Below are positions 1 through 16,086 of a stretch of DNA of 41,544 bases, piece by piece. The translations under genes were made by a program, and so were the position numbers. Every line of letters begins with the position of its first letter. The stretch's first letter is position 1. The notes under the pieces are model-generated. The model had not been told where the DNA came from and searched no databases. It saw only the letters and a program-made list of their open reading frames with translations. The stretch covers positions 1 through 41,544 of the forward strand of contig JAUCBJ010000909.1 of assembly GCA_032718475.1 (NCBI GenBank), written 5' to 3'. The stretch comes from Nemertoderma westbladi (Eukaryota; Animalia; Xenacoelomorpha).

Positions 1-3000
1 CACGGATATAGTACAGGTAGGAGACACGGATATAGTACAGGTAGGAGACACGGATATAGTACAGGTAGGAGACACGGATATAGTACAGGTAGGAGACACG
101 GATATAGTACAGGTAGGAGACACGGATATAGTACAGGTGGGAGACACGGATATAGTACAGGTGGAGACACGGATATAGTACAGGTAGGAGACACGGATAT
201 AGTACAGGTAGGAGACACGGATATAGTACAGGTAGGAGACACGGATATAGTACAGGTAGGAGACACGGATATAGTACAGGTAGGAGACACGGATATAGTA
301 CAGGTAGGAGACACGGATATAGTACAGGTAGGAGACACGGATATAGTACAGGTAGGAGACACGGATATAGTACAGGTAGGAGACACGGATATAGTACAGG
401 TAGGAGACACGGATATAGTACAGGTAGGAGACACGGATATAGTACAGGTAGGAGACACGGATATAGTACAGGTAGGAGACACGGATATAGTACAGGTAGG
501 AGACACGGATATAGTACAGGTGGGAGACACGGATATAGTACAGGTAGGAGACACGCATATAGTACAGGTAGGAGACACGGATATAGTACAGGTAGGAGAC
601 ACGGATATAGTACAGGTAGGAGACACGGATATAGTACAGGTGGAGACACGGATATAGTACAGGTAGGAGACACGGATATAGTACAGGTAGGAGACACGGA
701 TATAGTACAGGTAGGAGACACGGATATAGTACAGGTAGGAGACACGGATATAGTACAGGTAGGAGACACGGATATAGTACAGGTAGGAGACACGGATATA
801 GTACAGGTGGGAGACACGGATATAGTACAGGTGGAGCACGGATATAGTACAGGTAGGAGACACGGATATAGTACAGGTAGGAGACACGGATATAGTACAG
901 GTAGGAGACACGGATATAGTACAGGTAGGAGACACGGATATAGTACAGGTAGGAGACACGGATATAGTACAGGTGGACACGGATATAGTACAGGTAGGAG
1001 ACACGGATATAGTACAGGTAGGAGACACGGATATAGTACAGGTGGAGACACGGATATAGTACAGGTAGGAGACACGGATATAGTACAGGTAGGAGACACG
1101 GATATAGTACAGGTGGAGCACGGATATAGTACAGGTGGAGACACGGATATAGTACAGGTAGGAGACACGGATATAGTACAGGTAGGAGACACGGATATAG
1201 TACAGGTAGGAGACACGGATATAGTACAGGTAGGAGACACGGATATAGTACAGGTAGGAGACACGGATATAGTACAGGTAGGAGACACGGATATAGTACA
1301 GGTAGGAACACGGATATAGTACAGGTAGACACGGATATAGTACAGGTAGGAGACACGGATATAGTACAGGTGACACGGATATAGTACAGGTAGGAGACAC
1401 GGATATAGTACAGGTGACACGGATATAGTACAGGTAGGAGACACGGATATAGTACAGGTAGGAGACACGGATATAGTACAGGTAGGAGACACGGATATAG
1501 TACAGGTAGGAGACACGGATATAGTACAGGTAGGAGACACGGATATAGTACAGGTGGGAGACACGGATATAGTACAGGTAGGAGACACGGATATAGTACA
1601 GGTAGGAGACACGGATATAGTACAGGTAGGAGACACGGATATAGTACAGGTAGGAGACACGGATATAGTACAGGTAGGAGACACGGATATAGTACAGGTA
1701 GGAGACACGGATATAGTACAGGTAGGAGACACGGATATAGTACAGGTAGGAGACACGGATATAGTACAGGTAGGAGACACGGATATAGTACAGGTAGGAG
1801 ACACGGATATAGTACAGGTAGGAGACACGGATATAGTACAGGTAGGAGACACGGATATAGTACAGGTAGGAGACACGGATATAGTACAGGTGGGAGACAC
1901 GGATATAGTACAGGTAGGAGACACGGATATAGTACAGGTAGGAGACACGGATATAGTACAGGTAGGAGACACGGATATAGTACAGGTAGGAGACACGGAT
2001 ATAGTACAGGTGGGAGACACGGATATAGTACAGGTAGGAGACACGGATATAGTACAGGTGACACGGATATAGTACAGGTAGGAGACACGGATATAGTACA
2101 GGTAGGAGACACGGATATAGTACAGGTAGGAGACACGGATATAGTACAGGTAGGAGACACGGATATAGTACAGGTGGGAGACACGGATATAGTACAGGTA
2201 GGAGACACGGATATAGTACAGGTAGGAGACACGGATATAGTACAGGTAGGAGACACGGATATAGTACAGGTAGGAGACACGGATATAGTACAGGTAGGAG
2301 ACACGGATATAGTACAGGTGGAGACACGGATATAGTACAGGTAGGAGACACGGATATAGTACAGGTAGGAGACACGGATATAGTACAGGTAGGAGACACG
2401 GATATAGTACAGGTAGGAGACACGGATATAGTACAGGTAGGAGACACGGATATAGTACAGGTAGGAGACACGGATATAGTACAGGTAGGAGACACGGATA
2501 TAGTACAGGTAGGAGACACGGATATAGTACAGGTAGGAGACACGGATATAGTACAGGTAGGAGACACGGATATAGTACAGGTGGAACACGGATATAGTAC
2601 AGGTGACACGGATATAGTACAGGTAGGAGACACGGATATAGTACAGGTGGAGACACGGATATAGTACAGGTGGAGACACGGATATAGTACAGGTAGGAGA
2701 CACGGATATAGTACAGGTAGGAGACACGGATATAGTACAGGTAGGAGACACGGATATAGTACAGGTGGACACGGATATAGTACAGGTAGGAGACACGGAT
2801 ATAGTACAGGTAGGAGACACGGATATAGTACAGGTAGGAGACACGGATATAGTACAGGTAGGAGACACGGATATAGTACAGGTAGACACGGATATAGTAC
2901 AGGTAGGAGACACGGATATAGTACAGGTAGGAGACACGGATATAGTACAGGTGGAGACACGGATATAGTACAGGTGGAGACACGGATATAGTACAGGTGG

Positions 3001-6000
3001 AGACACGGATATAGTACAGGTGGAGACACGGATATAGTACAGGTAGGAGACACGGATATAGTACAGGTAGGAGACACGGATATAGTACAGGTAGGAGACA
3101 CGGATATAGTACAGGTAGGAGACACGGATATAGTACAGGTAGGAGACACGGATATAGTACAGGTGACACGGATATAGTACAGGTAGGAGACACGGATATA
3201 GTACAGGTAGGAGACACGGATATAGTACAGGTAGGAGACACGGATATAGTACAGGTGGAGACACGGATATAGTACAGGTAGGAGACACGGATATAGTACA
3301 GGTAGGAGACACGGATATAGTACAGGTAGGAGACACGGATATAGTACAGGTGGAGACACGGATATAGTACAGGTAGGAGACACGGATATAGTACAGGTAG
3401 GAGACACGGATATAGTACAGGTAGGAGACACGGATATAGTACAGGTAGGAGACACGGATATAGTACAGGTAGGAGACACGGATATAGTACAGGTAGGAGA
3501 CACGGATATAGTACAGGTGGAGACACGGATATAGTACAGGTAGGAGACACGGATATAGTACAGGTGACACGGATATAGTACAGGTAGGAGACACGGATAT
3601 AGTACAGGTGACACGGATATAGTACAGGTAGGAGACACGGATATAGTACAGGTAGGAGACACGGATATAGTACAGGTAGGAGACACGGATATAGTACAGG
3701 TAGGAGACACGGATATAGTACAGGTAGGAGACACGGATATAGTACAGGTAGGAGACACGGATATAGTACAGGTAGGAGACACGGATATAGTACAGGTAGG
3801 AGACACGGATATAGTACAGGTGACACGGATATAGTACAGGTAGGAGACACGGATATAGTACAGGTAGACACGGATATAGTACAGGTAGGAGACACGGATA
3901 TAGTACAGGTGGAGACACGGATATAGTACAGGTAGGAGACACGGATATAGTACAGGTGGAGACACGGATATAGTACAGGTGGACACGGATATAGTACAGG
4001 TAGGAGACACGGATATAGTACAGGTAGGAGACACGGATATAGTACAGGTAGGAGACACGGATATAGTACAGGTGGGAGACACGGATATAGTACAGGTGGA
4101 GACACGGATATAGTACAGGTAGGAGACACGGATATAGTACAGGTAGGAGACACGGATATAGTACAGGTAGGAGACACGGATATAGTACAGGTAGGAGACA
4201 CGGATATAGTACAGGTGACACGGATATAGTACAGGTAGGAGACACGGATATAGTACAGGTGACACGGATATAGTACAGGTAGGAGACACGGATATAGTAC
4301 AGGTAGGAGACACGGATATAGTACAGGTAGGAGACACGGATATAGTACAGGTAGGAGACACGGATATAGTACAGGTGGAGACACGGATATAGTACAGGTG
4401 GGAGACACGGATATAGTACAGGTAGGAGACACGGATATAGTACAGGTGGAGACACGGATATAGTACAGGTAGGAGACACGGATATAGTACAGGTAGGAGA
4501 CACGGATATAGTACAGGTGGGAGACACGGATATAGTACAGGTAGGAGACACGGATATAGTACAGGTAGGAGACACGGATATAGTACAGGTAGGAGACACG
4601 GATATAGTACAGGTGACACGGATATAGTACAGGTAGGAGACACGGATATAGTACAGGTGGAGACACGGATATAGTACAGGTAGGAGACACGGATATAGTA
4701 CAGGTAGGAGACACGGATATAGTACAGGTAGGAGACACGGATATAGTACAGGTAGGAGACACGGATATAGTACAGGTAGGAGACACGGATATAGTACAGG
4801 TGACACGGATATAGTACAGGTAGGAGACACGGATATAGTACAGGTAGGAGACACGGATATAGTACAGGTGACACGGATATAGTACAGGTAGGAGACACGG
4901 ATATAGTACAGGTAGGAGACACGGATATAGTACAGGTAGGAGACACGGATATAGTACAGGTAGGAGACACGGATATAGTACAGGTAGGAGACACGGATAT
5001 AGTACAGGTGACACGGATATAGTACAGGTAGGAGACACGGATATAGTACAGGTAGGAGACACGGATATAGTACAGGTAGGAGACACGGATATAGTACAGG
5101 TAGGAGACACGGATATAGTACAGGTAGGAGACACGGATATAGTACAGGTAGGAGACACGGATATAGTACAGGTAGGAGACACGGATATAGTACAGGTGAC
5201 ACGGATATAGTACAGGTAGGAGACACGGATATAGTACAGGTAGGAGACACGGATATAGTACAGGTAGGAGACACGGATATAGTACAGGTAGGAGACACGG
5301 ATATAGTACAGGTAGGAGACACGGATATAGTACAGGTGGAGACACGGATATAGTACAGGTAGGAGACACGGATATAGTACAGGTGGAGACACGGATATAG
5401 TACAGGTAGGGAGACACGGATATAGTACAGGTGACACGGATATAGTACAGGTAGGAGACACGGATATAGTACAGGTGGGAGACACGGATATAGTACAGGT
5501 AGGAGACACGGATATAGTACAGGTGACACGGATATAGTACAGGTGGGACACGGATATAGTACAGGTAGGAGACACGGATATAGTACAGGTAGGAGACACG
5601 GATATAGTACAGGTGGAGACACGGATATAGTACAGGTGACACGGATATAGTACAGGTAGGAGACACGGATATAGTACAGGTAGGAGACACGGATATAGTA
5701 CAGGTGGGAGACACGGATATAGTACAGGTAGGAGACACGGATATAGTACAGGTGGAGACACGGATATAGTACAGGTAGGAGACACGGATATAGTACAGGT
5801 AGGAGACACGGATATAGTACAGGTGGGAGACACGGATATAGTACAGGTAGGAGACACGGATATAGTACAGGTAGGAGACACGGATATAGTACAGGTGGAG
5901 ACACGGATATAGTACAGGTGGGAGACACGGATATAGTACAGGTGGGAGACACGGATATAGTACAGGTAGGAGACACGGATATAGTACAGGTAGGAGACAC

Positions 6001-9000
6001 GGATATAGTACAGGTAGGAGACACGGATATAGTACAGGTAGGAGACACGGATATAGTACAGGTAGGAGACACGGATATAGTACAGGTAGGAGACACGGAT
6101 ATAGTACAGGTAGGAGACACGGATATAGTACAGGTGGGAGACACGGATATAGTACAGGTAGGAGACACGGATATAGTACAGGTAGGAGACACGGATATAG
6201 TACAGGTAGGAGACACGGATATAGTACAGGTAGGAGACACGGATATAGTACAGGTGGGAGACACGGATATAGTACAGGTAGGAGACACGGATATAGTACA
6301 GGTAGGAGACACGGATATAGTACAGGTAGGAGACACGGATATAGTACAGGTGGAGACACGGATATAGTACAGGTAGGAGACACGGATATAGTACAGGTGG
6401 GAGACACGGATATAGTACAGGTAGGAGACACGGATATAGTACAGGTAGGAGACACGGATATAGTACAGGTGGGAGACACGGATATAGTACAGGTGACACG
6501 GATATAGTACAGGTAGGAGACACGGATATAGTACAGGTGGAGACACGGATATAGTACAGGTAGGAGACACGGATATAGTACAGGTAGGAGACACGGATAT
6601 AGTACAGGTGGAGACACGGATATAGTACAGGTGGAGACACGGATATAGTACAGGTAGGAGACACGGATATAGTACAGGTGGAGACACGGATATAGTACAG
6701 GTAGGAGACACGGATATAGTACAGGTGGAGACACGGATATAGTACAGGTGGGAGACACGGATATAGTACAGGTAGGAGACACGGATATAGTACAGGTGGG
6801 AGACACGGATATAGTACAGGTGACACGGATATAGTACAGGTAGGAGACACGGATATAGTACAGGTGGAGACACGGATATAGTACAGGTAGGAGACACGGA
6901 TATAGTACAGGTGGAGACACGGATATAGTACAGGTAGGAGACACGGATATAGTACAGGTGGAGACACGGATATAGTACAGGTAGGAGACACGGATATAGT
7001 ACAGGTGGAGACACGGATATAGTACAGGTAGGAGACACGGATATAGTACAGGTAGGAGACACGGATATAGTACAGGTAGGAGACACGGATATAGTACAGG
7101 TAGGAGACACGGATATAGTACAGGTGGACACGGATATAGTACAGGTAGGAGACACGGATATAGTACAGGTGACACGGATATAGTACAGGTGGGAGACACG
7201 GATATAGTACAGGTGGAGACACGGATATAGTACAGGTAGGAGACACGGATATAGTACAGGTGGGAGACACGGATATAGTACAGGTAGGAGACACGGATAT
7301 AGTACAGGTGGGAGACACGGATATAGTACAGGTAGGAGACACGGATATAGTACAGGTAGGAGACACGGATATAGTACAGGTGGGAGACACGGATATAGTA
7401 CAGGTAGGAGACACGGATATAGTACAGGTGACACGGATATAGTACAGGTAGGAGACACGGATATAGTACAGGTGGGAGACACGGATATAGTACAGGTAGG
7501 AGACACGGATATAGTACAGGTGGAGACACGGATATAGTACAGGTGGGAGACACGGATATAGTACAGGTGGGAGACACGGATATAGTACAGGTGGGAGACA
7601 CGGATATAGTACAGGTGGACACGGATATAGTACAGGTAGGAGACACGGATATAGTACAGGTAGGAGACACGGATATAGTACAGGTGGGAGACACGGATAT
7701 AGTACAGGTAGGAGACACGGATATAGTACAGGTGGAACACGGATATAGTACAGGTAGGAGACACGGATATAGTACAGGTGGACACGGATATAGTACAGGT
7801 AGGAGACACGGATATAGTACAGGTAGGAGACACGGATATAGTACAGGTAGGAGACACGGATATAGTACAGGTAGGAGACACGGATATAGTACAGGTAGGA
7901 GACACGGATATAGTACAGGTAGGAGACACGGATATAGTACAGGTAGGAGACACGGATATAGTACAGGTAGGAGACACGGATATAGTACAGGTAGGAGACA
8001 CGGATATAGTACAGGTGACACGGATATAGTACAGGTAGGAGACACGGATATAGTACAGGTGACACGGATATAGTACAGGTAGGAGACACGGATATAGTAC
8101 AGGTAGGAGACACGGATATAGTACAGGTAGGAGACACGGATATAGTACAGGTAGGAGACACGGATATAGTACAGGTAGGAGACACGGATATAGTACAGGT
8201 GGGAGACACGGATATAGTACAGGTGGGAGACACGGATATAGTACAGGTGACACGGATATAGTACAGGTAGGAGACACGGATATAGTACAGGTAGGAGACA
8301 CGGATATAGTACAGGTGACACGGATATAGTACAGGTAGGAGACACGGATATAGTACAGGTAGGAGACACGGATATAGTACAGGTGGGAGACACGGATATA
8401 GTACAGGTAGGAGACACGGATATAGTACAGGTGGACACGGATATAGTACAGGTAGGAGACACGGATATAGTACAGGTGACACGGATATAGTACAGGTAGG
8501 AGACACGGATATAGTACAGGTAGGAGACACGGATATAGTACAGGTAGGAGACACGGATATAGTACAGGTAGGAGACACGGATATAGTACAGGTAGGAGAC
8601 ACGGATATAGTACAGGTGGAGACACGGATATAGTACAGGTGGGAGACACGGATATAGTACAGGTGACACGGATATAGTACAGGTGACACGGATATAGTAC
8701 AGGTAGGAGACACGGATATAGTACAGGTAGGAGACACGGATATAGTACAGGTAGACACGGATATAGTACAGGTGGAGACACGGATATAGTACAGGTGGGA
8801 GACACGGATATAGTACAGGTGGGAGACACGGATATAGTACAGGTGGGAGACACGGATATAGTACAGGTGGAGACACGGATATAGTACAGGTAGGAGACAC
8901 GGATATAGTACAGGTGGGAGACACGGATATAGTACAGGTGACACGGATATAGTACAGGTAGGAGACACGGATATAGTACAGGTGGGAGACACGGATATAG

Positions 9001-12000
9001 TACAGGTGACACGGATATAGTACAGGTAGGAGACACGGATATAGTACAGGTAGGAGACACGGATATAGTACAGGTAGGAGACACGGATATAGTACAGGTA
9101 GGAGACACGGATATAGTACAGGTTGGAGACACGGATATAGTACAGGTGGGAGACACGGATATAGTACAGGTGGAGACACGGATATAGTACAGGTGGGAGA
9201 CACGGATATAGTACAGGTGGAGACACGGATATAGTACAGGTAGGAGACACGGATATAGTACAGGTGGACACGGATATAGTACAGGTAGGAGACACGGATA
9301 TAGTACAGGTAGGAGACACGGATATAGTACAGGTGGGAGACACGGATATAGTACAGGTGACACGGATATAGTACAGGTAGGAGACACGGATATAGTACAG
9401 GTGGGAGACACGGATATAGTACAGGTGACACGGATATAGTACAGGTAGGAGACACGGATATAGTACAGGTGGGAGACACGGATATAGTACAGGTAGGAGA
9501 CACGGATATAGTACAGGTTGGAGACACGGATATAGTACAGGTGGGAGACACGGATATAGTACAGGTGACACGGATATAGTACAGGTAGGAGACACGGATA
9601 TAGTACAGGTGACACGGATATAGTACAGGTAGGAGACACGGATATAGTACAGGTAGGAGACACGGATATAGTACAGGTAGGAGACACGGATATAGTACAG
9701 GTGGGAGACACGGATATAGTACAGGTGGGAGACACGGATATAGTACAGGTAGGAGACACGGATATAGTACAGGTAGGAGACACGGATATAGTACAGGTAG
9801 GAGACACGGATATAGTACAGGTAGGAGACACGGATATAGTACAGGTAGGAGACACGGATATAGTACAGGTAGGAGACACGGATATAGTACAGGTGGGAGA
9901 CACGGATATAGTACAGGTAGGAGACACGGATATAGTACAGGTGGGAGACACGGATATAGTACAGGTGGGAGACACGGATATAGTACAGGTGACACGGATA
10001 TAGTACAGGTAGGAGACACGGATATAGTACAGGTGGACACGGATATAGTACAGGTAGGAGACACGGATATAGTACAGGTGACACGGATATAGTACAGGTA
10101 GGAGACACGGATATAGTACAGGTGACACGGATATAGTACAGGTGGAGACACGGATATAGTACAGGTAGGAGACACGGATATAGTACAGGTAGGAGACACG
10201 GATATAGTACAGGTGACACGGATATAGTACAGGAGACACGGATATAGTACAGGTAGGAGACACGGATATAGTACAGGTAGGAGACACGGATATAGTACAG
10301 GTAGACACGGATATAGTACAGGTAGGAGACACGGATATAGTACAGGTAGGAGACACGGATATAGTACAGGTAGACACGGATATAGTACAGGTAGGAGACA
10401 CGGATATAGTACAGGTAGGAGACACGGATATAGTACAGGTAGGAGACACGGATATAGTACAGGTGGGAGACACGGATATAGTACAGGTGGGAGACACGGA
10501 TATAGTACAGGTGACACGGATATAGTACAGGTAGGAGACACGGATATAGTACAGGTAGGAGACACGGATATAGTACAGGTAGGAGACACGGATATAGTAC
10601 AGGTAGGAGACACGGATATAGTACAGGTAGGAGACACGGATATAGTACAGGTGGAGACACGGATATAGTACAGGTAGGAGACACGGATATAGTACAGGTG
10701 ACACGGATATAGTACAGGTAGGAGACACGGATATAGTACAGGTAGGAGACACGGATATAGTACAGGTAGGAGACACGGATATAGTACAGGTGGAGACACG
10801 GATATAGTACAGGTGGGAGACACGGATATAGTACAGGTAGGAGACACGGATATAGTACAGGTGGGAGACACGGATATAGTACAGGTAGGAGACACGGATA
10901 TAGTACAGGTGGGAGACACGGATATAGTACAGGTAGGAGACACGGATATAGTACAGGTAGGAGACACGGATATAGTACAGGTGGAGACACGGATATAGTA
11001 CAGGTAGGAGACACGGATATAGTACAGGTGGGAGACACGGATATAGTACAGGTAGGAGACACGGATATAGTACAGGTAGGAGACACGGATATAGTACAGG
11101 TAGGAGACACGGATATAGTACAGGTAGGAGACACGGATATAGTACAGGTAGGAGACACGGATATAGTACAGGTAGGAGACACGGATATAGTACAGGTAGG
11201 AGACACGGATATAGTACAGGTGGGAGACACGGATATAGTACAGGTGGGAGACACGGATATAGTACAGGTGGGAGACACGGATATAGTACAGGTAGACACG
11301 GATATAGTACAGGTAGGAGACACGGATATAGTACAGGTAGGAGACACGGATATAGTACAGGTAGGAGACACGGATATAGTACAGGTAGGAGACACGGATA
11401 TAGTACAGGTAGGAGACACGGATATAGTACAGGTAGGAGACACGGATATAGTACAGGTGGGACACGGATATAGTACAGGTAGGAGACACGGATATAGTAC
11501 AGGTAGGAGACACGGATATAGTACAGGTGGAGACACGGATATAGTACAGGTAGGAGACACGGATATAGTACAGGTAGGAGACACGGATATAGTACAGGTG
11601 GAGACACGGATATAGTACAGGTAGGAGACACGGATATAGTACAGGTGGAGCACGGATATAGTACAGGTAGGAGACACGGATATAGTACAGGTAGGAGACA
11701 CGGATATAGTACAGGTAGGAGACACGGATATAGTACAGGTAGGAGACACGGATATAGTACAGGTGACACGGATATAGTACAGGTAGGAGACACGGATATA
11801 GTACAGGTGACACGGATATAGTACAGGTAGGAGACACGGATATAGTACAGGTAGGAGACACGGATATAGTACAGGTAGGAGACACGGATATAGTACAGGT
11901 AGGAGACACGGATATAGTACAGGTAGGAGACACGGATATAGTACAGGTAGGAGACACGGATATAGTACAGGTAGGAGACACGGATATAGTACAGGTAGGA

Positions 12001-15000
12001 GACACGGATATAGTACAGGTAGGAGACACGGATATAGTACAGGTAGGAGACACGGATATAGTACAGGTGACACGGATATAGTACAGGTAGGAGACACGGA
12101 TATAGTACAGGTAGGAGACACGGATATAGTACAGGTAGGAGACACGGATATAGTACAGGTAGGAGACACGGATATAGTACAGGTAGGAGACACGGATATA
12201 GTACAGGTAGGAGACACGGATATAGTACAGGTAGGAGACACGGATATAGTACAGGTGACACGGATATAGTACAGGTAGGAGACACGGATATAGTACAGGT
12301 AGGAGACACGGATATAGTACAGGTAGGAGACACGGATATAGTACAGGTAGGAGACACGGATATAGTACAGGTAGGAGACACGGATATAGTACAGGTAGGA
12401 GACACGGATATAGTACAGGTAGGAGACACGGATATAGTACAGGTAGGAGACACGGATATAGTACAGGTAGGAGACACGGATATAGTACAGGTAGGAGACA
12501 CGGATATAGTACAGGTGGGAGACACGGATATAGTACAGGTAGGAGACACGGATATAGTACAGGTAGGAGACACGGATATAGTACAGGTAGGAGACACGGA
12601 TATAGTACAGGTAGGAGACACGGATATAGTACAGGTAGGAGACACGGATATAGTACAGGTAGGAGACACGGATATAGTACAGGTGACACGGATATAGTAC
12701 AGGTAGGAGACACGGATATAGTACAGGTAGGAGACACGGATATAGTACAGGTAGGAGACACGGATATAGTACAGGTAGGAGACACGGATATAGTACAGGT
12801 AGGAGCACGGATATAGTACAGGTAGGAGACACGGATATAGTACAGGTAGGAGACACGGATATAGTACAGGTAGGAGACACGGATATAGTACAGGTAGGAG
12901 ACACGGATATAGTACAGGTAGGAGACACGGATATAGTACAGGTAGGAGACACGGATATAGTACAGGTAGGAGACACGGATATAGTACAGGTAGGAGACAC
13001 GGATATAGTACAGGTGACACGGATATAGTACAGGTAGGAGACACGGATATAGTACAGGTAGGAGACACGGATATAGTACAGGTAGGAGACACGGATATAG
13101 TACAGGTAGGAGACACGGATATAGTACAGGTGACACGGATATAGTACAGGTAGACACGGATATAGTACAGGTAGGAGACACGGATATAGTACAGGTAGGA
13201 GACACGGATATAGTACAGGTAGGAGACACGGATATAGTACAGGTAGGAGACACGGATATAGTACAGGTAGGAGACACGGATATAGTACAGGTAGGAGACA
13301 CGGATATAGTACAGGTAGGAGACACGGATATAGTACAGGTAGGAGACACGGATATAGTACAGGTGACACGGATATAGTACAGGTAGGAGACACGGATATA
13401 GTACAGGTAGGAGACACGGATATAGTACAGGTGACACGGATATAGTACAGGTAGGAGACACGGATATAGTACAGGTGACACGGATATAGTACAGGTAGGA
13501 GACACGGATATAGTACAGGTGACACGGATATAGTACAGGTGGAGACACGGATATAGTACAGGTAGGAGACACGGATATAGTACAGGTAGGAGACACGGAT
13601 ATAGTACAGGTAGGAGACACGGATATAGTACAGGTGGAGACACGGATATAGTACAGGTAGGAGACACGGATATAGTACAGGTAGGAGACACGGATATAGT
13701 ACAGGTAGGAGACACGGATATAGTACAGGTGACACGGATATAGTACAGGTAGGAGACACGGATATAGTACAGGTAGGAGACACGGATATAGTACAGGTAG
13801 GAGACACGGATATAGTACAGGTAGGAGACACGGATATAGTACAGGTAGGAGACACGGATATAGTACAGGTAGGAGACACGGATATAGTACAGGTAGGAGA
13901 CACGGATATAGTACAGGTAGGAGACACGGATATAGTACAGGTAGGAGACACGGATATAGTACAGGTAGGAGACACGGATATAGTACAGGTAGGAGACACG
14001 GATATAGTACAGGTAGGAGACACGGATATAGTACAGGTAGGAGACACGGATATAGTACAGGTAGGAGACACGGATATAGTACAGGTAGGGACACGGATAT
14101 AGTACAGGTAGGAGACACGGATATAGTACAGGTAGGAGACACGGATATAGTACAGGTAGGAGACACGGATATAGTACAGGTAGGAGACACGGATATAGTA
14201 CAGGTAGGAGACACGGATATAGTACAGGTAGGAACACGGATATAGTACAGGTAGGAGACACGGATATAGTACAGGTAGGAGACACGGATATAGTACAGGT
14301 AGGAGACACGGATATAGTACAGGTAGGAGACACGGATATAGTACAGGTGACACGGATATAGTACAGGTAGGAGACACGGATATAGTACAGGTAGGAGACA
14401 CGGATATAGTACAGGTAGGAGACACGGATATAGTACAGGTGGGAGACACGGATATAGTACAGGTAGGAGACACGGATATAGTACAGGTAGGAGACACGGA
14501 TATAGTACAGGTAGGAGACACGGATATAGTACAGGTAGGAGACACGGATATAGTACAGGTAGGAACACGGATATAGTACAGGTAGGAGACACGGATATAG
14601 TACAGGTGACACGGATATAGTACAGGTAGGAGACACGGATATAGTACAGGTGGAGACACGGATATAGTACAGGTAGGAGACACGGATATAGTACAGGTAG
14701 GAGACACGGATATAGTACAGGTAGGAGACACGGATATAGTACAGGTGACACGGATATAGTACAGGTAGGAGACACGGATATAGTACAGGTAGGAGACACG
14801 GATATAGTACAGGTAGGAGACACGGATATAGTACAGGTGACACGGATATAGTACAGGTAGGAGACACGGATATAGTACAGGTAGGAAACACGGACATAGT
14901 ACAGGTAGGAGACACGGATATAGTACAGGTAGGAGACACGGATATAGTACAGGTAGGAGACACGGATATAGTACAGGTAGGAGACACGGATATAGTACAG

Positions 15001-15460
15001 GTGACACGGATATAGTACAGGTAGGAGACACGGATATAGTACAGGTAGGAGACACGCATATAGTACAGGTAGGAGACACGGATATAGTACAGGTGACACG
15101 GATATAGTACAGGTAGGAGACACGGATATAGTACAGGTAGGAGACACGGATATAGTACAGGTAGGAGACACGGATATAGTACAGGTAGGAGACACGGATA
15201 TAGTACAGGTAGGAGACACGGATATAGTACAGGTAGGAGACACGGATATAGTACAGGTAGGAGACACGGATATAGTACAGGTGACACGGATATAGTACAG
15301 GTGACACGGATATAGTACAGGTAGGAGACACGCATATAGTACAGGTAGGAGACACGGATATAGTACAGGTGAGACGGATATAGTACAGGTAGGAGACACG
15401 GATATAGTACTGGTAGGAGACACGGATATAGTACAGGTATGAGACACGGATATAGTACAC
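1..15460 (+). repeat. Tandem satellite, 24-bp consensus GGAGACACGGATATAGTACAGGTA with 20-25 bp variants; runs off the left edge of the window
   Basis: Directly visible. The core ACACGGATATAGTACAGGT is nearly invariant; after CAGGT the variants are AGGAG, GGGAG, GGAG, AG, GG or G. Substitutions accumulate near the right edge (e.g. ~14887, 15056, 15411, 15440). All GDTDIVQV and RRHGYSTG ORFs in the track are translations of this unit. Confidence 0.99.
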
Positions 15461-15464
15461 GTAT

Positions 15465-16086
15465 AATTTTTATTTTTGCTTTCATTCTTTAGGTACAAGC
15501 GTTTGAAAAGGTGTCTCCGTCGGTATTGCGCCAGTTACACCGCAGTTATACTTCAACCTTATAGCGATTTGTTGATATTGACGGACAGCGGGCCATGCAA
15601 GGATTCCAAATATGTATCATAATCTGAATTTCGTCGTAAAATAGCTGAGATATGAGCGCTCAAATGTTGCATGATTTAGCATCTGCGCGAGGCTATTTTA
15701 TTCTATTTAATTAGTAATCCATATTCTAGAACACTTTGTTTATATACGAATAGCTACACAATAATATGATTACAAAGTTATTGCATTGTTGCCCAGCTAC
15801 GTATGGGATGAACAACATGTTCTAGAATATTGTGTATTTTTTAATATAATAAAATAACCTTGCGCAGATGTAAAACCATGCAACTTTAGAATGCCCATAT
15901 CTGTGCTGTTTTACGACGAAATTCAGATTGTGATACATATTTGGTATCCTTGCATGGCCAGCTTTCTGTCAATATCAACAAATCGCTATAAGGTTGAAGA
16001 ATAACTGCGGTGTAACTGGCGCAACACCGACGGAGACACCTTTTTCAAACGCTTGTAGCTAAAGAATGAAAGCAAAAATAAAAATT
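15465..16086. mobile_element. Foldback/MITE-like non-autonomous element, ~620 bp, with ~270-bp imperfect inverted arms
   Basis: Left arm AATTTTTATTTTTGCTTTCATTCTTTAGGTACAAGCGTTTGAAAAGGTGTCTCCGTCGGT...ATATTCTAGAACA (15465-~15733) is the reverse complement of TGTTCTAGAATAT...ACCGACGGAGACACCTTTTTCAAACGCTTGTAGCTAAAGAATGAAAGCAAAAATAAAAATT (~15818-16086). No ORF and no clear TSD. Confidence 0.85.

Noticed and set aside
807-12697. ORFs of repeated GDTDIVQV / RRHGYSTG as stand-alone repeat proteins
   Set aside because: They are stop-free frames of the 24-bp satellite with non-ATG starts and arbitrary ends at unit-length variants.
1-15460. CRISPR array or telomeric repeat
   Set aside because: No unique spacers or cas genes. 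The purine/G-rich strand points toward the interior, opposite to a left-end telomere, and the unit is better explained as an exon/donor junction.
1-15460. Recursive-splicing ratchet points (AG|GT in every unit)
   Set aside because: Each unit has CAG|GT but no polypyrimidine tract before the AG, so acceptor function is unsupported from sequence alone.
16032-16039. GGAGACAC shared between the foldback arm and the satellite unit, suggesting the satellite came from the element
   Set aside because: Only 8 bp match and the flanks are unrelated; compatible with chance.
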